64,000 bases of DNA, taken from the NCBI GenBank assembly GCA_913031575.1, contig CAJWEV010000004.1, positions 15,310-79,309 of the forward strand. The letters are read 5' to 3'. The stretch comes from an uncultured Halieaceae bacterium. GTDB taxonomy: Bacteria > Pseudomonadota > Gammaproteobacteria > Pseudomonadales > Halieaceae. Below the pieces are notes generated by a model. That model had not been told where the DNA came from. It searched no databases and saw only the letters and a program-made list of their open reading frames with translations. Each line of letters starts with the position of its first letter. The first letter of the stretch is position 1. The translations under genes were made by a program, and so were the position numbers. Positions 47,987-58,278 of this stretch are shown piece by piece.

Positions 47987-49054
47987 TCAGTCCTCGCTCT
48001 GCTCAAAAGGCAACCTTCGTGATGCATGCTCCCATCCATCCTGAAGTCTGACGCCGATCCCGATAAGTCGCACCGGCATCTCGCGCCGTTGCCACCCCTC
48101 GATGAGTAACTGACGATAGTCAGATTCGACTGCGGCTGTCCCCACACGTTCGACTGTTGTGCTGCTGAAGTCTGAGAATTTCAGTTTCACAAACGCCTTA
48201 TGAATGCTTTCGTCGGCGTTGGCTGACTCAATGCGACCCAGTAATTGCTCAAAGAGCTTTTCGACATACGTTTCCCAGACTGCGGGTCCTGCAAGGTCCT
48301 CCCCAAAGGTAGTTTCCACGCTGATCGATTTACGAGTGCGGCTTGGCTGGACCGGGCGCTCATCTTTGCCACGCGCCCGCTCATGAAGCACAACACCGAA
48401 CTTACCAAAACGGCGAATGAGGTCATGTAGCTCCCACTCGCGAATATCTGCGCAGTTCTTGAGACCGTAGCGGTGCATTTTTTCAGCGGTTACCGAGCCC
48501 ACCCCCGGTATTTTTTTCACGGGCAATGCGCCTACGAAGGCATCGACCTGCTCGGGCGTCACAACGGTCAATCCGTCAGGCTTTTTCCAGTCCGAGGCGA
48601 CCTTCGCGATAAACTTGTTTACTGACACACCGGCTGAGACCGTGATATCGAGCTCTTTTTGCACCTTGGCACGAATTTCCTTGGCGATTTTTGTCGCAGT
48701 TAGGCTCTGACCACTCGACTCAGACACATCCAGATAGGCCTCATCCAGCGACAGCGGCTCAATGATTTCCGTGTACTGCTCGAAGATACCGCGCATAGCT
48801 TTGGAGGCCTCGCGGTATTTAATGAACTGTGGTGGCACTACGGTTAAGTGCGGGCATAGGCGCATGGCATGTGCTGTCGACATGGCAGAGCGCACCCCAA
48901 ACTTGCGCGCATCGTAATTGGCCGTGGTCAGTACGCCTCTGCGTTCGGCACTGCCACCCACCGCCATGGGGATGCCACGTAGTGTCGGGTCGTCACGCAT
49001 TTCTATTGCAGCGTAAAAGCAATCAGCGTCGATGTGAATGATCTTGCGCTGCAT
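47987..49054 (-). CDS. dinB: DNA polymerase IV
   Basis: RKIIHIDADCFYAAIEMRD, YDARKFGVRSAM, SLDEAYLD, AKVASDWKKPDG, VRLIGIGV. Confidence 0.97.
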   Translation of the reverse strand: MQRKIIHIDADCFYAAIEMRDDPTLRGIPMAVGGSAERRGVLTTANYDARKFGVRSAMSTAHAMRLCPHLTVVPPQFIKYREASKAMRGIFEQYTEIIEPLSLDEAYLDVSESSGQSLTATKIAKEIRAKVQKELDITVSAGVSVNKFIAKVASDWKKPDGLTVVTPEQVDAFVGALPVKKIPGVGSVTAEKMHRYGLKNCADIREWELHDLIRRFGKFGVVLHERARGKDERPVQPSRTRKSISVETTFGEDLAGPAVWETYVEKLFEQLLGRIESANADESIHKAFVKLKFSDFSSTTVERVGTAAVESDYRQLLIEGWQRREMPVRLIGIGVRLQDGWEHASRRLPFEQSED

Positions 49055-49096
49055 CGTGGTTCGACTCAGTGAGACATGAAGGCAACTATGGAAAAA

Positions 49097-50599
49097 CTAC
49101 CCCTCAAACCACGCACTGAGCAATGGCTTGGTCACCTTACCAAGTGCGTTGCGCGGTAAAGCATCGGTGAAGATCCATTTACGAGGGATCTTGTAGCCAC
49201 TCATAAGCTCGCGTGACCACTGAACAAGGCTGTCCTCGGAGAGGGGATTCGCTAGAACGACTGCTGCGGCAACAATCTCACCCCATTCATCATCCGGCAG
49301 GCCAATCACGGCCACCTCGTCAACATCAGGGTGCTCTAGCAACGTGGCCTCAATCTCGAGCGCAGAGAGCTTGTAACCACCCGACTTGATGATGTCGATG
49401 GAGGCACGCCCCAATATGCGATACGCACCTTCATCAATGACCGCAATATCGCCCGTCAGAAACCAGCCGTCGGCAAACGCCTTAGCGGTGGATTCAGGAT
49501 TCCCCCAATACTCTCTGAAGGCTGTGCAGCTTTTGACCGCCAACTCACCGGGCGTTGCCGGGTCAGTAATGTTCTCACCGCTCTCGCTGAGACGCTTAAT
49601 CAAAACACCGGGCAGCGGTTGCCCTACATGTCCAGGCCGGCGCTCACCCTCGTAGGGGTTAGATAGCGCCATACCTAACTCGGTCATGCCGTAGCGCTCA
49701 AGGAAGCGCTGAGAGGTCAAGGCTTCCCATTCATTAAAGAGCGGCACCGGGCAGGCAGCAGAGCCCGAGACGTTAAGGCGCATGTTGGCAAAGCCCTCAG
49801 TCACTCGGTCACACTTGGCTTCATCCAATGTTTTTAGATAGGTAATGAGTTTGACGTAGATGGTGGGAACCGCCATGAAGACCGAGTAACGGTCGTTGGC
49901 AACCTTGTGACAAAGCCCCTCGGCGTCAAACCGCGCGTAAAGATCGACCGTGGCACCTCGCCACAACGCACACAGCAAAATATTGACGATGCCGTGGATG
50001 TGGTGGAGCGGAAGAAACAATGGGATAACATCCGTCGCCTCCCAGCCCCAGGCCTCAATCAGCGAGATCACCATAGCCGAGACGCTGGCTACCGTATGAA
50101 CAACACCTTTCGGCTTACCGGTTGTACCGCTCGTGAAAACAATGAGAGCACCTTGCTCTGCCGCCAGCGGCAGTACATGTGACGCTTCACCCACGGATAA
50201 GTCCTCGACCGCAAGCTGCGCTACCCCGAGCGCTTCACAGACAGCATCAAGTGCCTCCGAACGCATCTCACCAGGGAGAAGCAATCGCCTTACAGCGGCA
50301 ACCGATAAATAGTGCGACAGTTCGCCGGCACTGGCATGAACGCTGAGCGGCACCGCAATACCACCCGCCGCCACAACACCAATAATCAGTGCCGCGTAAT
50401 CAAAGCTCGCTGGATAAAGGAATGCCACGCGCTCTTCTTTTAATGAATCCTCACCGTTCAGCAGGCCCGCAACAACACGCATCACAGCGTTGTTTAATTC
50501 GTTGTAAGTGAGACTACGCTCACCATCAACCAATGCTACCGCCTCACCGCTTTGGTTGAGGCTTGGAAACCACGCCACCGCTTCACTGCTCACCGGCAA
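49097..50599 (-). CDS. Acyl-CoA synthetase (MatB/ACSF3-like AMP-forming ligase)
   Basis: FTSGTTGKPKG, ERYGMTE, WFLTGD, IIKSGGYK, LPRNALGKV; overlaps the upstream MFS gene. Confidence 0.9.
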   Translation of the reverse strand: MPVSSEAVAWFPSLNQSGEAVALVDGERSLTYNELNNAVMRVVAGLLNGEDSLKEERVAFLYPASFDYAALIIGVVAAGGIAVPLSVHASAGELSHYLSVAAVRRLLLPGEMRSEALDAVCEALGVAQLAVEDLSVGEASHVLPLAAEQGALIVFTSGTTGKPKGVVHTVASVSAMVISLIEAWGWEATDVIPLFLPLHHIHGIVNILLCALWRGATVDLYARFDAEGLCHKVANDRYSVFMAVPTIYVKLITYLKTLDEAKCDRVTEGFANMRLNVSGSAACPVPLFNEWEALTSQRFLERYGMTELGMALSNPYEGERRPGHVGQPLPGVLIKRLSESGENITDPATPGELAVKSCTAFREYWGNPESTAKAFADGWFLTGDIAVIDEGAYRILGRASIDIIKSGGYKLSALEIEATLLEHPDVDEVAVIGLPDDEWGEIVAAAVVLANPLSEDSLVQWSRELMSGYKIPRKWIFTDALPRNALGKVTKPLLSAWFEG

Positions 50600-51899
50600 A
50601 TACCCAAAGAAGTAATCCGCCCATTACCAGCGGCAAAGCAAAGCTCAAAAACAGGCTGTACATACCCCAGCCGGCGGAGACAAGGGCTGCCGCCAACAAA
50701 GGCGATGCAATCGCACCAGTTCTTCCCAGCCCCGCGGCCCAGCCCACCCCTGCGGCACGTACGTCGCTCGGGTAGGCCTGTGTGGCCAATGCGTAGAGGC
50801 AAGTAAAGCCACCGTGTAGAAAAACGCCGCCAATAAACATCAACAACATGAGATTACCGAGGGCAGTAGGCTCCGTTAACCCCACGTAAAGCAAAACGCC
50901 CCCAGCTGACAAAAAGAACAGCGAAAGTAGTGGTACTAGCGGTAAGCGCGTGGTGAGAACGGCGAGTATCAAGATACCGGGAATCGCGCCCAGATTGAAA
51001 CCGGTCAACGCCTCGATGCCCTGCGCACGGGTATAGCCAGCATCTACAAATAGTGTCGGTATCCAGGACAGCATGAAGTACATGGTGAGGAAACCCATGA
51101 AGTAGATCGCCCAGAGCACCAGTGTTTTTAGACGTCGCGCGGATGTCAGAATCTGAGCAACGGGCGTAGCCCTGGGCCTCGCTACATTCGCGCTAATGCC
51201 ACTCACAGCATCCCGGCTGAGGCGCGCTAATAAACCGTTCACCGCTGCCTCTCGCTCCGGTCGGTAACCGGCACGACCCGCCAAGAATTCGGGGGATTCA
51301 GGTAACAACGCCCAGGCTATAACACCGATTAATAAGGTCAGAACGCCACCAGCCGCAAATACCGCGGTCCAGCCGTAGTCAGGAATCAGTGTATTAGCGA
51401 TAGGACCTGCCAGTACTGCTCCTACGGGATAACCCATAACCACCAATGACACAGCGAGACTCCGGTGGCGACTCGGCATGAACTCGGAAGCGAGTGCAGG
51501 CGCACAGCCGAATATCACACCAATACCAAGCCCCGAAACAAAACGAAGGATGGCAAAAACGGTGACAGAAGCCATGCTAGCAATCCAACTCACGGCAAGC
51601 ATGCTAAGACCCACGAGGAACATCGCTGCCACTAACAACAGGCGCCGACCTAGCTGGTCCGATAGTGGCGCCAAGCCCGCCGCACCAATGGCCATACCGA
51701 GCAGCGCTGCGCTGAATAATGGACCCAAGGCCGCGCGCTCAAGACCCCAGGAAGCGGCCACACTAGGCGCCGTTACTGACATAGCAACGACGTCAATACC
51801 GTCAGCAAGATTCAGCAGAAATCCCAGTAGTACTACCAACCACATGAGTGGCACTACGGACCCCTCATCGATGCGTGCTCGTACCAAATCAGCACTCAT
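50583..51899 (-). CDS. MFS transporter, aromatic acid:H+ symporter (AAHS)-like
   Basis: DGIDVVAM, SDQLGRR, LASEFMP, ESPEFL, YPSDVRAAGVGWA. Start refined to MSADLV. Confidence 0.88.
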   Translation of the reverse strand: MSADLVRARIDEGSVVPLMWLVVLLGFLLNLADGIDVVAMSVTAPSVAASWGLERAALGPLFSAALLGMAIGAAGLAPLSDQLGRRLLLVAAMFLVGLSMLAVSWIASMASVTVFAILRFVSGLGIGVIFGCAPALASEFMPSRHRSLAVSLVVMGYPVGAVLAGPIANTLIPDYGWTAVFAAGGVLTLLIGVIAWALLPESPEFLAGRAGYRPEREAAVNGLLARLSRDAVSGISANVARPRATPVAQILTSARRLKTLVLWAIYFMGFLTMYFMLSWIPTLFVDAGYTRAQGIEALTGFNLGAIPGILILAVLTTRLPLVPLLSLFFLSAGGVLLYVGLTEPTALGNLMLLMFIGGVFLHGGFTCLYALATQAYPSDVRAAGVGWAAGLGRTGAIASPLLAAALVSAGWGMYSLFLSFALPLVMGGLLLWVFAGEQ

Positions 51900-52047
51900 T
51901 ATCTTACCTATATTTTGCCTGCGACTGTCGTTTGCACGCAGAAAATTTGCGCCAACAAAACCCACCAATAGGCTTGATGATAAAACGAAACAGCTTTGTC
52001 TGTCCGCCAGAAGCGCAACCGTTTAGAGGCGGTAATTGTATTGTGAG

Positions 52048-52587
52048 TTAGATTCGACGGGCGATTTTGACCGCTTGCTCCGACCCAGCCCCCACAACCC
52101 AACACCACGCCTTGAGCAAGCCAGATTGACCCTGCACTTCATCGCCAGCCTCGTCACGATGATCAGCCTCATCGTTGCAGAACTGATATATAGCTGCCAT
52201 GAGTGTCGCATCGCCGAAAGACTCTAGAGCCGCATACTGCGACTCGTAGTGTTTTACAACGAAAGTCTCAACCGCTTCGATTGAGGCATAGACCCAGCTT
52301 CGTCCACCAAGCGCGGAGACCGCACCCAAAACGAATCCAGAGACTCGCCATAAAGGTAACAGTAGGCTTTTCTGTCGGGAGGTTAACCAGTCCTCAAAGA
52401 AACTGAGATGGGTCTCCTCGGTCGCCAAATGATGCTCCGCGAACGCACGTACTTCAGCATCTCGCGATATGGCCAAAACGCCTTTGTAAATCCAAACAGC
52501 ACCAGTCTCGCCCGCATGATTCGAGCGCATCTCTCCCGCAAGGTGAGTCGGCAGGGTTGAAGCAGATTGTAAAGACGCTGTATTCAT
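52048..52587 (-). CDS. Demethoxyubiquinone hydroxylase (Coq7) family di-iron protein
   Basis: RSNHAGETGAVWIY, EETH, EAVE...HY and DEADH ferritin-like motifs. Confidence 0.82.
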   Translation of the reverse strand: MNTASLQSASTLPTHLAGEMRSNHAGETGAVWIYKGVLAISRDAEVRAFAEHHLATEETHLSFFEDWLTSRQKSLLLPLWRVSGFVLGAVSALGGRSWVYASIEAVETFVVKHYESQYAALESFGDATLMAAIYQFCNDEADHRDEAGDEVQGQSGLLKAWCWVVGAGSEQAVKIARRI

Positions 52588-52630
52588 TGTTGGCTACCTT
52601 ATTGTAGGCGATCAACTATAACGAATTAGC

Positions 52631-53746
52631 TCAGGAATGAAGGGCTTCCTCGGGGGAGATCGAATCTAAACTGAACGCTTCCCCGACACCCGCGTGCGTC
52701 AAGTTACCCGCGTGTACGTTCAATCCAAGCGCAAATCGTGCGTCACCGCGGAGTGCATCCAGTCCATAATCGGCCAAGCGCACAACATAGGGCAGCGTTG
52801 CATTCGTCAGCGCCAAGGTTGCCGTTCTGGCAACCCCACCGGGCATATTAGCCACGCAGTAATGAACGACACCGTTTACCTCGTAAGTAGGATCTTGGTA
52901 TGACGTGGCTTTTGAGGTCTCAAAACAACCGCCCTGATCGATCGCAACGTCCACCATGACACTACCCTTCTGGAGCCTGGATACGAGGTCGCGGCTAACT
53001 AACTTCGGCGCAGCTGCGCCAGGAATGAGCACGGCGCCAATGATCAAATCCGCATTCATGACTTGCTCTTCGAGTGCTGCTGCGCTCGACCACACTGTCT
53101 CAATACGTCCCATGAATATGTCGTCGAGGTAGCGTAGCCGATCAAGCGAACGATCAAGAATCACAACGCGTGCGCCCATACCTTGGGCGACACGAGCCGC
53201 ATTGGTACCCACAACACCCCCGCCGATGACCACAACTTTGGCTGGTGCAACGCCCGGCACACCACCGAGCAGCACACCGCGACCACCACTGGATTTCTTA
53301 AGGAAATCACCACCAGCCTGAGCCGCCAGGCGACCTGCGATCTCTGACATAGGCGCCAATAGTGGCAGACCACCGTTCGTACCCTCTACAGTCTCGTACG
53401 CAACGCAGGTCGCTCCGCTTTCAAGTAGCAAATCGGTTTGTTGACGATCTGCAGCCAAATGGAGATATGTGAACAGCAATTGGCCCGGGCGCAGTTGTCG
53501 ACATTCGTCAGGCTGAGGCTCTTTCACCTTAACAATCAGATCACACTCAGCAAATATTGCCGCTGGCGCGTCGATAATGGTGGCTCCCGCAGCAACATAA
53601 TCCTCATTTAAGAAGCCAGCGCCCTCGCCGGCATGTGTCTCAATCATGACCTCATGACCATGATTGACCAGCTCAACAACACCTGCGGGAGGCAGACCCA
53701 CACGGTACTCGTGGTTTTTGATTTCCTTTGGGACGCCGATACGCAC
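52631..53746 (-). CDS. ald: Alanine dehydrogenase
   Basis: IGVPKEIKNHEYRV, KVKEP, FTYLHLA, PLLAPMSEIAGR, GGGVVG, DVAIDQGG, YCVANMPG. GTG start at 53746. Confidence 0.97.
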   Translation of the reverse strand: MRIGVPKEIKNHEYRVGLPPAGVVELVNHGHEVMIETHAGEGAGFLNEDYVAAGATIIDAPAAIFAECDLIVKVKEPQPDECRQLRPGQLLFTYLHLAADRQQTDLLLESGATCVAYETVEGTNGGLPLLAPMSEIAGRLAAQAGGDFLKKSSGGRGVLLGGVPGVAPAKVVVIGGGVVGTNAARVAQGMGARVVILDRSLDRLRYLDDIFMGRIETVWSSAAALEEQVMNADLIIGAVLIPGAAAPKLVSRDLVSRLQKGSVMVDVAIDQGGCFETSKATSYQDPTYEVNGVVHYCVANMPGGVARTATLALTNATLPYVVRLADYGLDALRGDARFALGLNVHAGNLTHAGVGEAFSLDSISPEEALHS

Positions 53747-53909
53747 TATGGTTGACCTTTTTACTCTGTGAGTCCTTGAAAACACAAAGACGATCTATGC
53801 ATCATAAGAGCAATTTAGTGATTTATTTCCTTTAAATTAGCCTTATATGCAGTGGAATCTACTGTTATTTTTCGCTATTATAAAACAAACCACTTTATAA
53901 GATTTGACG

Positions 53910-54371
53910 ATGGAAACCCTGTCAAAAACCGATAGGAAGATTCTCTCGCTACTCCAAAAAGACGGCAGAATTAGTGTGGCTGAGATTGGTCGTCGTGTGG
54001 GACTCACGGCATCACCCTGTGCTGATCGCATTAAGCGACTGGAAAGTCAGGGGGTCATAACCGGTTACTACGCTCGCTTGTCGCCCACCAAATTGGATGC
54101 GGGGTTGGTTGTATTTGTTCAAGTGACCTTGCAACGAACCGCAGGCGATGCCTTTAAAAACTTTACCGACGCCATCGAGCTGATTCCCGAGGTTGAAGAG
54201 TGCCACCTTGTCTCTGGCGAATTCGACTTTTTAGTCAAAGCGCGAGTAAAGGACATGACGCATTACAGGGACCTTCTGGCCGGCTCACTACTCCAACTTC
54301 CCAATGTGCAAGAGTCTAAGAGTTACCCTGTGATGGAATCTGTTGTGCAGCGGTCGGGAATCAGGCTGTAG
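53910..54371 (+). CDS. lrp: Lrp/AsnC family transcriptional regulator, divergent from ald
   Basis: DRKILSLLQKDGRIS HTH; ECHLVSGEFDFLVKARV; AT-rich divergent intergenic region. Confidence 0.9.
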   Translation: METLSKTDRKILSLLQKDGRISVAEIGRRVGLTASPCADRIKRLESQGVITGYYARLSPTKLDAGLVVFVQVTLQRTAGDAFKNFTDAIELIPEVEECHLVSGEFDFLVKARVKDMTHYRDLLAGSLLQLPNVQESKSYPVMESVVQRSGIRL

Positions 54372-54558
54372 TTACTTAACAAAGCGAGTTGCCACATTGC
54401 TCCTAGCTTTTTTTACTCAGCAATTGCCCTAAGACTTCTATTGTTTCTGCTAATTTAACAATGTGTTTCCTGCACCCGCTTTAGCCTCCGAGACGCGTCC
54501 TATATCCTCATTTCAATTACAATTGTCATAAGCTGTTGCACAAAAGTGCTGGATACAT

Positions 54559-55641
54559 ATGAAAATCTTAAGGACTCCAGATAGCTGCTTTGCAGGGCTT
54601 AAGGATTATCCATTTGAGCCTCACTACACGACCATCAAAACGCATGATGGCCAGGATTTGAGAATTCATCACATTGATGAAGGCCCCAGAGACGGTGCCA
54701 TCGTGCTGTGTCTACACGGTCAACCCGTCTGGAGTTATCTCTACCGAAAAATGATTCCTTATCTGACGGCTGCAGGTCTTCGCGTTATCTGCCCTGACCT
54801 CGTGGGTTACGGAAAGAGCGATAAACCAGCAGCGCGAGAGAATTACACGTATGAGCGACAGGTCGTATGGATGGGCGCCTGGTTACAGCAAAATGATTTT
54901 TCAGGGATCACATTCTTCGGTCAGGACTGGGGTGGACTAATTGGACTTCGACTGGTTGCTAATCAGTCAGAGCGCTTTACTAACGTCGTTATTGCCAATA
55001 CAGGCCTGCCCTATAACCCAGATGTGCCGCGAGCAATGGTTGACGAAGTTGAGGACTACCGCGCCAATGCGCCGACACCATCCTTGTTCGGCATGGCCAA
55101 GGAGCTGCGATCGCTGTCATGGGATGGCAAGGCAGCAAACCCCGCGCGCATCTTCGCAGTCTGGCAAAAGTTCTGCTGGGAAACGGTACATCTACCTATT
55201 GGGCTCATGTTGTCGATGATGACCGAGCAGCAACCGACACTCATGAAAATCGCAAAGGCGCTACTTCACAAATTAGGCATGCGAGCGCCACTGCCATCCT
55301 CTCTTGCCAATGCTTATGACGCTCCTTTCCCAAGTGCCGAGTACACCATGGGGCCAAGAGCCATGCCGAGTCAGGTGCCATCGTTACCGACATCACCGTC
55401 GCTCGAGCAGCAACGACTGGCCTGGGAATTTTTCGATGCCTTTGATAAACCCTTTGTCTGTGCATTTGCTGACGATGACCCGATCACCAAAGGTGGTGAG
55501 GCTATCTTCTTACAGCGGGTACCCGGCACAAAGGGCCAACCGCATACCACCATCAAAGGGGCTGGACACTTCTTACAAGAAACACGCCCTAAAGAAGTAT
55601 CTCAGGTCATTATCGACGCCGCAGCGCGGTCGGCCGCGTAA
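54559..55641 (+). CDS. Haloalkane dehalogenase (HLD-I-like) with extended cap
   Basis: MKILRTPD, LHGQPVWSYLYRKMI, GQDWGG (Asp nucleophile plus Trp), FADDDPIT, GAGHFLQE. Confidence 0.88.
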   Translation: MKILRTPDSCFAGLKDYPFEPHYTTIKTHDGQDLRIHHIDEGPRDGAIVLCLHGQPVWSYLYRKMIPYLTAAGLRVICPDLVGYGKSDKPAARENYTYERQVVWMGAWLQQNDFSGITFFGQDWGGLIGLRLVANQSERFTNVVIANTGLPYNPDVPRAMVDEVEDYRANAPTPSLFGMAKELRSLSWDGKAANPARIFAVWQKFCWETVHLPIGLMLSMMTEQQPTLMKIAKALLHKLGMRAPLPSSLANAYDAPFPSAEYTMGPRAMPSQVPSLPTSPSLEQQRLAWEFFDAFDKPFVCAFADDDPITKGGEAIFLQRVPGTKGQPHTTIKGAGHFLQETRPKEVSQVIIDAAARSAA

Positions 55642-55725
55642 GCCGGAACAATTTCGGAGCGATATCTAGGCTAAAAATTCTGCGCGACCCACTTTGAATC
55701 AGGCGCGCCTGGTCACCGACCTGCC

Positions 55726-56943
55726 TTAGCCCTCGTTGAGCTCCCGAACGGTCATCTTACCGAGTTGTGACATGTGAACCTCATCAGGACCATCGGCAAT
55801 GCGGCAGAACCTAGCCAACATGAATACTTCAGGAATCATAGTATCCTGGCAAACGCCCATACCTCCAAAGACCTGCATAGCGCGATCAGCCACCTGTTGC
55901 GCCATCTGCGGAGCAACGATCTTAACCATACTGATTAGCGGTCGTGCGGCCGTCATACCCCGCGTATCCATGACATGCGCCGCATGCAAGGTTAGCAGGC
56001 GCGCTTGTTCAATGTCACAACGGCAGCGAGCAATCTCATGCTGCACGCTGGTCTTCTTAATCAGTGGCTCACCAAAGGCCACTCGCTTCTCAACGCGCGA
56101 GCACATGAGTTCCAAACACCGCTGCGCCATACCCACAAAGCCCATCGCGTATTGGAAACGGCCAGGCCCCAAACGACCTTGCGCGATCTCAAATCCACAG
56201 CCCTCGCCTTTTATCATGTTGGTCACAGGCACTCGTACATCCTCGAACAGCAGCTCTGCCTCGCCGACAGGCGAGTGAAGTGAGTCAAAGACGCGAAGCT
56301 CGCGAACCAACTTAACCCCCGGGGTATCTCGCGGAACTAAGATCGTCGAATGCTGACGATGCCGAGGGTTCTCTGGGTTTGACTTACCCATGACCAGCAT
56401 TACCTTGCATCGGGGATTAACGGCTCCCGTGGTCCACCACTTGCGACCGTTAAGTACGTATTCGTCGCCGTCACGCTTTATTTCCAACTCCATATTGGTC
56501 GCATCGCTTGACGCCACCTGCGGCTCTGTCATGGCATAGGCACTGCGAATTTCTCCTGCCAGTAGGGGCTCTAGCCACTCTTTTTGCTGTGCCTCAGTGC
56601 CGTATTTAGCCAGTACTTCCATGTTGCCTCGATCAGGGGCATTGCAATTAAATACCGACTGCGCCCATGACACTTTGCTCATGGTTTCAAATAAGGGCGC
56701 AATTTCGACATTGGTCAGACCGGGGCTCCACGGCTGATACTCGTGGGGAAGGAATAGGTTCCATAGACCCTCGGCCTTTGCTAGCGCTCGTAACTCGTCG
56801 TACCAAAGTGGTGTGCTCCATAGCTTGTCTTGATCTAGACACCACTCGTGCCAATCGTGCTCCCGAGGGTATATGTGTTTATCCATAAAGGCCTGCAACT
56901 GCACATTGAGCGCCATTACGCGATCATTTAATTCAAAACCCAT
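55726..56943 (-). CDS. Acyl-CoA dehydrogenase
   Basis: FNCNAPDRGNMEVL, MTEPQVASSDATN, AQGRLGPGR, QVFGGMG, RIADGPDEVH. Confidence 0.95.
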   Translation of the reverse strand: MGFELNDRVMALNVQLQAFMDKHIYPREHDWHEWCLDQDKLWSTPLWYDELRALAKAEGLWNLFLPHEYQPWSPGLTNVEIAPLFETMSKVSWAQSVFNCNAPDRGNMEVLAKYGTEAQQKEWLEPLLAGEIRSAYAMTEPQVASSDATNMELEIKRDGDEYVLNGRKWWTTGAVNPRCKVMLVMGKSNPENPRHRQHSTILVPRDTPGVKLVRELRVFDSLHSPVGEAELLFEDVRVPVTNMIKGEGCGFEIAQGRLGPGRFQYAMGFVGMAQRCLELMCSRVEKRVAFGEPLIKKTSVQHEIARCRCDIEQARLLTLHAAHVMDTRGMTAARPLISMVKIVAPQMAQQVADRAMQVFGGMGVCQDTMIPEVFMLARFCRIADGPDEVHMSQLGKMTVRELNEG

Positions 56944-57025
56944 GAACCTATTTCCTCTTTAAAAGCACCGGGACAACGCTACAACTGCGCGTACCCTTTT
57001 TGTTATTGACCACTCTAACCAAATA

Positions 57026-58066
57026 TCAGGACGTGAATAGCATCGCTTCAATACCTGTCCCATCGAGCACCGCATCAACCAAAGCGCGATCCGACGCCGA
57101 GAGCGCCTGATAATGCTCGTTTGTCCATCGAAGACACTTGGCCTGGTACGGGAAGGTTTGCTGTACCCAAGGCGCGCCATCGATTTCACACTCCCAGGTT
57201 TTCTTGCCCTTCTCAACGGCCTTTGCATTAGCTAGTTGGACTGGTGCGTAGACACGACCAATTTCAGACAGGAGCTCACGCAAGCTCTCCGGTTGATCCT
57301 CAAGATCAGTCCAGTCCTGTCGTGTGGGCTCTAGTCCGCTCTGATCTTCAAGTTGATCAACCCAAGCCACTGTTCGCGGCGATACCTCATGCGCAATTGC
57401 ACGGGAGGTTGGATCGAATCCAACCAGTTGCGTTAGCTGACCGTGCAAGCCGAAATCACCTGCCCCGGGACGCTTACCGAGCATGAATTTCTGGTTAGAC
57501 AGGTGGGATTCCATTGCCGAAAGAAAACGTCGATAGCTCGCGTCAATGACGGGCGCAGTGGTGTCATTTGAGCCAACAACATAGAGTCGTCCGATCTGAC
57601 GCTCCGAAATATGCTGCTTGAATTTCTGAAAAAACTCGGTGGGCGTACTGACATCCATACCCAGTGGCAGGAGGGTGCCCGCATTGTCGGCATCCTCGCT
57701 AAAGTGCCAGCGGTAATGGAACATGTATTTGGTGCACCACTCGTCAGCGAAATCTTCAATCAGATAATCGATAAAGGCGAGTGCCGGCTCCTCTGGCAAC
57801 ACCGAGCGACGCGAGTACAGGGCCTCAAGACGGCGAATAATGGGTGTCGAGTCGCACTGAGCAGCAATTCCCTCATCGTCTTCGAAAAAAAAAGTTGGCA
57901 TGAAGATAGGACTTGGCTTTTCGACGCCCATCGATTCACAAGCCGCCTCCGGTTGCCCCCATTGAATACTGTAAGGAATGCGGCGGTAGCGAAGCAGCGC
58001 TACCATCTTCTGCGTGTAGGGTGACCCCGTACCGCCAACTAATTTGAGTCTTGTCTGTGATGCCAT
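57026..58066 (-). CDS. Glutathione S-transferase family protein
   Basis: GSPYTQKM, DSTPII, LIEDFADEW, FMLGKRPGAGDFGL. Start refined to MASQT (GAGG RBS). Confidence 0.85.
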   Translation of the reverse strand: MASQTRLKLVGGTGSPYTQKMVALLRYRRIPYSIQWGQPEAACESMGVEKPSPIFMPTFFFEDDEGIAAQCDSTPIIRRLEALYSRRSVLPEEPALAFIDYLIEDFADEWCTKYMFHYRWHFSEDADNAGTLLPLGMDVSTPTEFFQKFKQHISERQIGRLYVVGSNDTTAPVIDASYRRFLSAMESHLSNQKFMLGKRPGAGDFGLHGQLTQLVGFDPTSRAIAHEVSPRTVAWVDQLEDQSGLEPTRQDWTDLEDQPESLRELLSEIGRVYAPVQLANAKAVEKGKKTWECEIDGAPWVQQTFPYQAKCLRWTNEHYQALSASDRALVDAVLDGTGIEAMLFTS

Positions 58067-58098
58067 TGTTAGCCTCGTTTTATCTGCGACGAGTGACG

Positions 58099-58129
58099 TA
58101 TATATTGACATACTTAATGTCAATATATA
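58099..58129. promoter_or_regulatory. Perfect 13-bp inverted repeat (candidate TetR operator) upstream of the GST gene
   Basis: TATATATTGACAT-ACTTA-ATGTCAATATATA, containing TTGACA on both strands. Confidence 0.75.
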
Positions 58130-58278
58130 AGCCTCAATTGTTTTAAGAGGGTCTCATTATTTATCCTAGGGAGTGCATTAAAGTCGGTACCTGCGATGAA
58201 AAACTGAATTATAAAGTTTAGTCATTTACGCCCTAAATACCTTAATCTCGTTCGTTTGAGTAAGCCCCTGTTAACAAA

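Noticed and set aside
51478-52026. 182-aa plus-strand ORF and similar antisense ORFs over membrane-protein genes (12227-12724, 21619-22137)
   Set aside because: Typical antisense shadows of real genes.
54511-54530. Possible TGACA-N7-TGTCA copy upstream of the dehalogenase
   Set aside because: Only the right half matches; the left half (TTCAA) is too divergent.
55694-55712. GAATCAGGCG match to tRNA-Arg as a possible attR
   Set aside because: Only about 10 nt, not the tRNA 3' end, and no integrase in the window; likely chance.
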